Assembly: GCF_000744815.1 (NCBI RefSeq)
Contig: NZ_JQMQ01000005.1
Coordinates: 232,055 to 256,054 of the forward strand
Length of the DNA stretch: 24,000 bases
DNA from: Phaeacidiphilus oryzae TH49
GTDB lineage: Bacteria; Actinomycetota; Actinomycetes; Streptomycetales; Streptomycetaceae
Direction of reading: 5' to 3'
Within the stretch, counting starts at the first letter, position 1, and the number at the start of each line of letters is the position of its first letter. Position numbers and translations under genes: made by a program. A model generated the notes under the pieces. It saw nothing but the letters and a program-made list of their open reading frames with translations. It had not been told where the DNA came from and did not search any database. This document shows, piece after piece, positions 18,216 through 24,000 of the stretch.

Positions 18216-19172
18216 TCAGATCACCGGCGGGCGGCCGAGCCGGGTGAGTCGCCACACGGTGCGCCAGCTCATCGGACGGCGCGGGCCGCAGGGCTTGCGC
18301 CACCCCTCGCGGAAGCCGCCGATCCAGGCCCGCAGCGCGTCCTTGGACGGCCGGCGGGCCAGGGTGAGCAGCACCCAGGTGCCGAGATAGAGGGGCACCA
18401 GCGGGGCGGGGAGGTTCCGCCGGGCCAGCCAGACCCGGTTCCGGGCCACCATCCGGTGGTAGACCGCGTGCCGGCTGGGCGAGGTCTTCGGATGGTGGAG
18501 GACGATGTCCGCGCGGTAGTCGATCGCCCAGCCGCCGTCCAGGGCGCGCCAGGCCAGGTCGGTCTCCTCGTGGGCGTAGAAGAACTCCCCGGGGAGCTCC
18601 CCGACCTGCTCGAAGACCTTGCTGCGGACCGCCGAGGCGCCACCGAGGAAGGTGGTCACCCGGGAGGAGCGCAGCGGGTCCGAGGCGCGCAGCCGCGGCA
18701 CGTGCCGGCGCTGGGTCTCGCCGGTCTCCGGATCGGCGATCCGGAAGCTGACGATGCCCAGGCCCGGGTCGGCCGCGAAGGCCTCGCGGAGCTTCTCGGC
18801 GGCGTCGTCCTGCGGCAGCAGTCCGTCGTCGTCCAGGAAGAGCACCACGTCGACGTCCGAACCGTGCTCCCCGAAGGCCTCGATGCCGACGTTGCGGCCG
18901 CCGGGGATGCCCAGGTTGTCGTCCAGCTCGATCCCTCGCACCCCGGGCGGGAGCTCGGGCAGCGGGGCGCCGTTGCCGACTACCACGACGTCGACCGCCG
19001 GGCCGCGCTGCACGGCCACCGACTCCAGCAGGGCGTTGAGCTCCACGGGGCGGTTTCCCATGGTCAGCACCACGGCGCCGAGGCGCAGCGCGCCGGTGGA
19101 CGCCGCGGCGTCCGCGCCCTCCGCTCCCCGCAGGCCGTCCATCCGGTCCGCCCGGTCCAGGTTCGCCGTCAC
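18216..19172 (-). CDS. Family-2 glycosyltransferase
   Basis: It has a GT-A fold signature: VVLTMGNRPVELNALLESV..., VVVVGNG, DNLGIPGGRNVG and the DxD motif VVLFLDDDGLL. The GTG start at 19172 follows GAGGTGAGGCGGGG, 7 nt after the upstream stop. Confidence 0.8.
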   Translation of the reverse strand: MTANLDRADRMDGLRGAEGADAAASTGALRLGAVVLTMGNRPVELNALLESVAVQRGPAVDVVVVGNGAPLPELPPGVRGIELDDNLGIPGGRNVGIEAFGEHGSDVDVVLFLDDDGLLPQDDAAEKLREAFAADPGLGIVSFRIADPETGETQRRHVPRLRASDPLRSSRVTTFLGGASAVRSKVFEQVGELPGEFFYAHEETDLAWRALDGGWAIDYRADIVLHHPKTSPSRHAVYHRMVARNRVWLARRNLPAPLVPLYLGTWVLLTLARRPSKDALRAWIGGFREGWRKPCGPRRPMSWRTVWRLTRLGRPPVI

Positions 19173-19179
19173 CCCCGCC

Positions 19180-20070
19180 TCACCTCAGCCTGCTGGAGAG
19201 GACGATGCTGAGCAGGTGGAGCAGCGTCTGCACGACCGCGATCGCGGCCAGCACGCACACCGCCACCCGGGTGGCGAGGAGGTCGCCGCGCGCCACATCC
19301 ACGATTCCGGCCGCCAGCATCACCAGTGAGGCCTCGACCCCGCCGATCAGCCGGTGGAACTTGAAGGCCGCGGCCAGCCTGCGGGCCCTGGCCACCCCGG
19401 TCGCCCGCGGCACCGAGGCCTCGTCGTCCACGGCCGGCAGGCCCTTGCGGATCCGGGCCACGTCGACCAGGTCGGTCTCGGACTTGATCAGGATCGCGCC
19501 CAGCGCGGAGACGGTGCCGATGAAGGCCCACTGCCAGGCCGGGCCGCCATGCCGTCCGAAGACGTCAGCCGCCCGCACGCCGAAGCCGGTCAGCAGGGCC
19601 GCCTCGGAGACGTAGTGGCCGACCCGGTCCAGGTAGACCCCGGTGATCGAGGTCTGCCGACGCCAGCGCGCCAGCTCGCCGTCCACGCAGTCCAGGCCCA
19701 GGTAGACCTGGATCAGCAGGGCCCCGAGGATCGCCCCCCAGATCCCGGGGACGATGAGCACGGCTCCGGCCGCCACCCCGGCCACCATCATCAGATAGGT
19801 GAAGCCGTTGGCGGAGAGCGGGAAGTCGATCAGGTGCCGGCTGATCCGGGAGGAGACGCGGCGCATGTAGAGCCGCCCCGCCCAGTGCTCGCCGCTGCGC
19901 CGGTCCATGAGGCCGGCGGGGTGGGCCACCGCGCGGTACTGCGCGATGGTCGGCCGCGCCGGTCGCTCGCCGGGGAAGGGATCGGCGGCGTCCGGCTGGG
20001 GGCTTGGCTCTTCGTGCCGCCCGGCGGCGTTCTGGTCAGCCGGCGAGGCCGGCGGTGATGTCTTTGACAT
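19180..20070 (-). CDS. CDP-alcohol phosphatidyltransferase family membrane protein, with a variant signature
   Basis: The signature D127-C-V-D-G-E-L-A-R-(x8)-G-V-Y-L-D-R-V-G-H152 lies at 19615-19692, and multiple TM helices flank it. The ATG at 20070 overlaps the upstream gene by 35 nt. Confidence 0.8.
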   Translation of the reverse strand: MSKTSPPASPADQNAAGRHEEPSPQPDAADPFPGERPARPTIAQYRAVAHPAGLMDRRSGEHWAGRLYMRRVSSRISRHLIDFPLSANGFTYLMMVAGVAAGAVLIVPGIWGAILGALLIQVYLGLDCVDGELARWRRQTSITGVYLDRVGHYVSEAALLTGFGVRAADVFGRHGGPAWQWAFIGTVSALGAILIKSETDLVDVARIRKGLPAVDDEASVPRATGVARARRLAAAFKFHRLIGGVEASLVMLAAGIVDVARGDLLATRVAVCVLAAIAVVQTLLHLLSIVLSSRLR

Positions 20071-21112
20071 AGTCCGAGTACGCGTCCCGAATGGCGTGGG
20101 GGTCGAGGTCGAGGTGTTCCAAGATGGTGAACCGGCCTGGCCGGGTCTGTGGAGCGTACTGCACGGCCTCCGCGAACTCTTCCGCGGAGAACCCGAGTTG
20201 AGCGGCCGTCACCGGGAGCCCGTGCCGGTGGAGGGTGGTCGCTATCTGACCGGCCACCTCCCGCTCCCCGCGGAGGAAGCTGGCGAAGGCGGCGCCGAAG
20301 CCGCACTGCTCCCCGTGCTCCCGGCTGCGCTCCGGATAGAGGAGGTCCAGCGCGTGGCTCATCTCGTGGCAGGCACCGCTGGACGGCCGGGTGCTGCCGG
20401 TGATGTTCATCGAGATCCCGGAGAGGACCAGCGCCTCGGCCAGCGCCACCAGCAGCCCGTCCTCCTTGATGGTGCCGGGGTGGCGCAGCAGGGTCTCGCC
20501 CGCGCTGCGGGCCATCGCCACCGCCAGGCCGTCCACCGGCTCCCCGGTCTCGCGGTGGGAGAGCTCCCAGTCCGCGCAGGCCGAGATGTTGGAGAGGACG
20601 TCACCGATGCCGGAGGCCACGAAGCGGTCCGGGGCCTCCCGGATCACGTCCAGGTCGATCACGATGCCGATCGGGCTGGGCACCCCGTAGGAGCCGCGCC
20701 CGGCGTCGTTGTCCAGCGTGGAGACCGGGGAGCAGAGGCCGTCGTGGGCGAGGTTGGTGGCGGCGGCCACCACCGGCAGACCGACTCGCGCGGCCGCGTA
20801 CTTGGCCACGTCGATGATCTTCCCGCCACCGAGGCCGATCAGCGCGTCGTAGCTGCCGCCCTTCTTGATCTGGTCGGCCAGCGTGACGGCGGCGTCCAGG
20901 GTGCCGTCCGGCACGGTGTACCAGTCGGCGCCGGGCAGCTGCGGACTGAGCCGCTCCCGCAGCCGGGCGCCGGAGCCGGCGCTAGCCGCCACGGCGATCC
21001 GGCCGTTGGCGGAGAGCCGCTGGTCGGCGAGGACGGCGCCGAGGTCCTGGAGGGCGCCCGCCCGGATGTCGACGACCAGGGGCGACGGGACGAGTCGGGT
21101 CAGTACCGGCAC
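20036..21112 (-). CDS. Glycerol-1-phosphate dehydrogenase-like enzyme (EgsA/AraM-like, iron-ADH/DHQS superfamily)
   Basis: Motifs include LIGLGGGKIIDVAKY, TNLAHDGLCSP, GIVIDLDVI, GIGDVLSN, SGACHEMSHALD and HGEQCGFG. The track ORF starts at 21163, but the GTG at 21112 follows AAGGAG by 5 nt and overlaps the upstream stop by 13 nt, so 21112 is preferred. The substrate is not established. Confidence 0.6.
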   Translation of the reverse strand: MPVLTRLVPSPLVVDIRAGALQDLGAVLADQRLSANGRIAVAASAGSGARLRERLSPQLPGADWYTVPDGTLDAAVTLADQIKKGGSYDALIGLGGGKIIDVAKYAAARVGLPVVAAATNLAHDGLCSPVSTLDNDAGRGSYGVPSPIGIVIDLDVIREAPDRFVASGIGDVLSNISACADWELSHRETGEPVDGLAVAMARSAGETLLRHPGTIKEDGLLVALAEALVLSGISMNITGSTRPSSGACHEMSHALDLLYPERSREHGEQCGFGAAFASFLRGEREVAGQIATTLHRHGLPVTAAQLGFSAEEFAEAVQYAPQTRPGRFTILEHLDLDPHAIRDAYSDYVKDITAGLAG

Positions 21113-21858
21113 GCGATCTCCTTGCCCCTGGCCAGGTCGTCCAGATTGTCGATCTCGACCCACTCGATGTCGCCGACCGGCTGGACGTCGATCCGGTGGC
21201 CGCGGTCGACCATCTCCTGGTAGCCGTCCTCGTAGTACTTCTGCGGGTCGCGCTCCCAGACCGCCTGCAGGGCGTCGGCCAGCTCGGGGCCGGCAGACGG
21301 GTTGATCAGGGTGAGGCCGATGTACTCACCGGAGGCCTCGGCCGGGTCCATCAGCTTGGTGATCTTCCGCATCCCCTTCTCGGGGTCCACGATCACCTTC
21401 ATCTCCTCGTCCGCCAGCTTCTTGACGGTGTCGAGGGCGAGGAGGACGCCGGGGGTGCGGCCCTCGGCGGTCATCCGCTCGTTCGCGGCGATCAGGTCCT
21501 GCTCGACCGAGACCGGGTGGACGGTGTCGCTGTTGGCCAGGATCACCGACTCCGAGGAGAAGACCTCGCGGGCGCACCAGAGCGAGTACACGTTGTTCCA
21601 GCGCTCGGCCTTGGGGTTGTCGACGATGTGCAGCTTGACGCCGTACGCCCGCTCCAGCTTCTCCTTGCGCTCGAACACCGCCTCCTTGCAGTACCCGACC
21701 ACGATCGCCGCATCGGTCAGCCCCACCTCGGCGAAGTTGCGGAGGGTGAGGTCGAGCACGGCGCGGTCGCCGTCCACCGGCACCAGGGCCTTGGGCAGCG
21801 TCTCGGTGTACGGGCGGAGGCGGCTGCCTGCGCCGGCGGCCAGAACGAGGCCGATCAT
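21100..21858 (-). CDS. LicC/IPCT-like sugar- or alcohol-phosphate nucleotidyl(cytidylyl)transferase
   Basis: It has the N-terminal LVLAAGAGSRLRPYT loop (GxGxR type), followed by NNVYSLW, GEYIGLT and WVEIDNLDDL, as in LicC-type cytidylyltransferases. AGGAGA lies 5 nt upstream of the ATG at 21858. Confidence 0.75.
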   Translation of the reverse strand: MIGLVLAAGAGSRLRPYTETLPKALVPVDGDRAVLDLTLRNFAEVGLTDAAIVVGYCKEAVFERKEKLERAYGVKLHIVDNPKAERWNNVYSLWCAREVFSSESVILANSDTVHPVSVEQDLIAANERMTAEGRTPGVLLALDTVKKLADEEMKVIVDPEKGMRKITKLMDPAEASGEYIGLTLINPSAGPELADALQAVWERDPQKYYEDGYQEMVDRGHRIDVQPVGDIEWVEIDNLDDLARGKEIACRY

Positions 21859-22110
21859 CGGTGTCTCCTGTGGTCATGGGGCCCGCTGGACCCGCGGCTG
21901 TGCGTGGTGGCCCGCGGGGGACGGCGAGTCCGGCTGTACTGCCGGCGCGCCGGCACGACACGTGCCGTTGGCCTGGGGGTGGCCTGGTCGAGGCCTGCTC
22001 GCAGCCTGCCTGCCTTGCGATCGTAGGCGAAAGCCGCCTTCCTACCACAAGCAGCTCGGACGGGCCGAGGGATCGGACCGCGAGAACCCGCAACCGCGAG
22101 AACGGTGCAC

Positions 22111-22122
22111 CCGGTATACCGG
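22111..22122. promoter_or_regulatory. Perfect 12-bp palindrome CCGGTATACCGG in the divergent intergenic region; a candidate operator
   Basis: I read it directly from the sequence. It sits between the divergent nucleotidyltransferase operon and idi, next to the 11-bp direct repeats ACCGCGAGAAC at 22077-22087 and 22093-22103. Confidence 0.3.
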
Positions 22123-22173
22123 AAGCCTCCGACAGCGCTCCAGCCGGGGCCTGCCGGGACCTGGGCCTGACGA

Positions 22174-22204
22174 GGCCTGGGCGTGCCGGGGCCTGGGCGT
22201 GCCG
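22174..22204. repeat. Tandem 16-bp-period direct repeat GGCCTGGGCGTGCCG, two copies, with degenerate GGCCTGCCG copies on either side
   Basis: The exact 15-mers lie at 22174-22188 and 22190-22204. The shorter related copies lie at 22148-22156 and 22206-22214. Confidence 0.8.
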
Positions 22205-22453
22205 AGGCCTGCCGAATGTCGATCATCATGGCGGACCCGCCCGCCGCGAACAAACCCGTGCAGCGACCCGTGGCCCTTCCGGTCCGTTCCAGACCCGGCG
22301 GGGAGCCGGTTCGATCGGGCTCGAAACCGCACGCAATTGCCCGCATGCCTTCCTTCGCCTGCAATCGGCGGGCGCCGCTGCGATCTTGTCCGTCCGGTAC
22401 GGCAGACTGGTCGCCGCAACCAGCACCACGCAACCACACGCTCAAGGGGTTCC

Positions 22454-23095
22454 ATGTCGACGCCGACCAGTAGCTCACAGTCCTCGTCCCCCGCTGCCGC
22501 CGCCACCGCCGCTGCCGCTGCCGCTGCCGCTGCGGACGCTGAGCAGGCCCGGCCCGCGGAGATCCTGCTGGAGCTGGTGGACGAGCAGGGGAACACGATC
22601 GGCGTCGCGGAGAAGCTCTCGGCCCACCAGCCGCCGGCCCGCCTTCACCGCGCCTTCTCGGTCTTCCTCTTCGACGCGCAGGGCCGGATGCTCGTCCAGC
22701 AGCGCGCCCTGAGCAAGTACCACTCCCCCGGCGTGTGGTCGAACACCGCCTGCGGGCACCCGTACCCCGACGAGCCCCCGTTCGTGGCCGCGGCCCGGCG
22801 CACCGGCGAGGAGCTGGGCGTCGCGCCGGCCCTGATGACCGAGGCCGGGACGGTCACCTACGACCTGCCGGACGAGGCCTCCGGACTGGTGGAGAAGGAG
22901 TTCAACCACCTCTTCGTCGGCCGCGTGGACGCCGCGCCGAACCCGGACCCGGCGGAGGTCGGCGCCACCCGCTTCCTGACCCCGGCGGAGCTGGCCGAGC
23001 TGCGCGCGGAGAAGCCGTTCTCGGTCTGGTTCCAGACCGTCCTGGACGCGGTCCTGCCGACCGTCCGGCGGCTCTTCCCGGAGGCCGGCTGGTAA
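22454..23095 (+). CDS. idi: Type-1 isopentenyl-diphosphate delta-isomerase (Nudix fold) with a Ser/Ala-rich N-terminal extension
   Basis: LHRAFSVFLFDAQGRMLVQQRALSKYHSPGVWSNTACGHP (catalytic Cys region), followed by EFNHLF, marks the family. The ATG at 22454 follows AAGGGG. It is the C-terminal 213 codons of the 597-aa track ORF. The poly-Ala tract contains (GCCGCT)x4 at 22508-22531. Confidence 0.9.
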   Translation: MSTPTSSSQSSSPAAAATAAAAAAAAADAEQARPAEILLELVDEQGNTIGVAEKLSAHQPPARLHRAFSVFLFDAQGRMLVQQRALSKYHSPGVWSNTACGHPYPDEPPFVAAARRTGEELGVAPALMTEAGTVTYDLPDEASGLVEKEFNHLFVGRVDAAPNPDPAEVGATRFLTPAELAELRAEKPFSVWFQTVLDAVLPTVRRLFPEAGW

Positions 23096-23135
23096 GCGGT
23101 CATCGGGTACCGGGTACTCGGTACCGCTGCCGCCA

Positions 23136-23162
23136 CCGCTCCACCGAAGCGGGGTGGAGCGG
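23136..23162. terminator. GC-rich hairpin between convergent genes; a candidate bidirectional terminator
   Basis: CCGCTCCACC (23136-23145) pairs with GGTGGAGCGG (23153-23162) across a 7-nt loop, giving a perfect 10-bp stem. A second small hairpin, GGTACCG/CGGTACC, lies at 23106-23125. There is no U-tract. Confidence 0.4.
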
Positions 23163-23202
23163 CGCGGGCCGCTGCCGCCGCCCGCGCTGCTCGGCTGCTC
23201 GG

Positions 23203-24000
23203 CTACCAGGCCTGCCCGGGGAGCGGCAGCGCGGCCCAGATGACCTTCCCACCGGCGACCGTGCGCTCGACGTCGCAGCTCCCACCGGCCTCCTCGGCCA
23301 TCGTCTTGACCAGCAGCAGTCCTCGGCCGTTCGTCCGGCCGAAGTCGTTCTGCAGGGCGGTCGGGCGGTAGGGGTGGCTGTCCTCGACCGAGACCCGCAG
23401 CCATCCTCCGCCGATCACCACCTCGATCACGATCTGCGGCGAGAGCACCGCTGCGTGCCGCACCGCGTTGGTGACCAGCTCCGAGACGATCAGCAGCACG
23501 CTCGCCACGAAGTCCGCGTGCTGCGCCCGGCCGCCGCCGATGCCCTGGGCGGCGAGGAGATCGCGCACGGCGTGCCGGGAACGCGGCACCCACACCTCGG
23601 TGGCCGGCGCGGCGAACCGCCACACGCCCTCCACCGGCTCCCGCCAGCCGCCGGGCAGTCCGTCGACGTCCGCCGCGCCGTCGGGGCCCGTGCCGAGGAG
23701 GCCCAGGGCGGCGGCCCCGGGACCGGCCCCCACGACGTAACCGTCCAGCTCGTCCAGGCTGCCGAAGCCGGCGACGTCACCCAGGCCGTCCGCGCCGTCC
23801 GCGCCACCCCCGCGGCCGAGGCCGTGGCCGAGATGGAGGTTGTGGCCCTCCGAGCCGTCGGACCGCTCGGCGCCGTCGCACGGCCCGTCGAAAGCGTCGT
23901 CGCCGACCATCCCGACCACCTCGCCGCCCGAGTTCTCGCTGCCGGTGCCGGTAGCGGTGCCGGCGCCGTCGACAGCCGGGCCGGCGAATCGCCAGGCCCG
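23203..24000 (-). CDS. ATP-binding protein of the anti-sigma-factor/serine-kinase (HATPase_c, RsbW/SpoIIAB-like) type, with a Gly/Asp-rich N-terminal region; the 5' end may lie beyond the window
   Basis: The C-terminal ~130 aa match the family: RSRHAVRDLL...ASVLLIVSELVTNAVRHA...LRVSVEDSHPYRP...GRGLLLVKTMAEEAGG. The frame stays open with high GC3 up to nt 24000. Internal candidate starts are a GTG at 23919 and an ATG at 23910. Confidence 0.6.
   Translation of the reverse strand, partial: RAWRFAGPAVDGAGTATGTGSENSGGEVVGMVGDDAFDGPCDGAERSDGSEGHNLHLGHGLGRGGGADGADGLGDVAGFGSLDELDGYVVGAGPGAAALGLLGTGPDGAADVDGLPGGWREPVEGVWRFAAPATEVWVPRSRHAVRDLLAAQGIGGGRAQHADFVASVLLIVSELVTNAVRHAAVLSPQIVIEVVIGGGWLRVSVEDSHPYRPTALQNDFGRTNGRGLLLVKTMAEEAGGSCDVERTVAGGKVIWAALPLPGQAW

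Noticed and set aside
21302-22453. The N-terminal 384 codons of the 597-aa + strand ORF that contains idi.
   Set aside because: This part runs antisense through the nucleotidyltransferase gene and then through repeat-rich intergenic DNA. Its composition is not protein-like. Idi homology starts only after the ATG at 22454, which has its own RBS.
22183-22473. A 96-aa + strand ORF upstream of and overlapping the idi start.
   Set aside because: It is Pro/Arg/Ala-rich with no motif or RBS, and it lies across the tandem repeats. I treat it as spurious.
23124-23179. The 11-bp direct repeats CCGCTGCCGCC (23124-23134 and 23169-23179) flanking the hairpin, considered as the target-site duplication of a miniature mobile element.
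   Set aside because: The enclosed segment is only ~34 bp. The repeat is a common GC-rich, Ala-codon-like motif and also occurs in the idi poly-Ala tract. Chance plus terminator structure explains it adequately.
1-24000. A whole-window search for CRISPR arrays, transposase or integrase genes, IS inverted repeats, toxin-antitoxin pairs and known defence-system signatures.
   Set aside because: None was found. All substantial ORFs with coding-like composition belong to metabolic, transport or regulatory families. The only repeats are short intergenic or low-complexity ones.

Overview
This is a very GC-rich, Streptomyces-like actinomycete segment, and most of it is isoprenoid and hopanoid lipid metabolism. 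On the minus strand, 3163-16650 is a complete, tightly packed hopanoid operon. Its gene order is hpnC, hpnD, hpnE, polyprenyl synthase, shc, hpnG, hpnH, ispG, dxs and an hpnO-like aminotransferase. Several neighbouring genes have overlapping stop and start codons. Upstream on the same strand, at 17070-21858, is a five-gene operon with no assigned pathway: a LicC-like nucleotidyltransferase, a glycerol-1-phosphate-dehydrogenase-like enzyme, a CDP-alcohol phosphatidyltransferase, a GT2 glycosyltransferase and an ABC-2 permease. A divergent type-1 IPP isomerase (idi) lies at 22454-23095. The left flank carries a PAP2 phosphatase, an orphan Roadblock/LC7 protein and a GntR/FCD regulator. The right edge carries an anti-sigma-type ATP-binding protein whose frame stays open to the window end. 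I found no rRNA, tRNA, CRISPR array, transposase, integrase or recognisable defence system. The points most worth a second look are these. (1) ispG is a one-gene compositional island with inverted GC skew and extreme G/T-ending codon usage, including about 19 TTG among 29 Leu codons. (2) ispG and the polyprenyl synthase each have an apparent 1-nt deletion in a C/G homopolymer run. (3) The five-gene CDP-alcohol operon sits between idi and the hopanoid operon, has no ABC ATPase partner, and has His at the fourth Asp of the CDP-alcohol transferase signature. (4) The long intergenic regions are rich in repeats and palindromes. The many long ORFs in the six-frame track that lie antisense to or out of frame with these genes are high-GC shadow ORFs and are not called.
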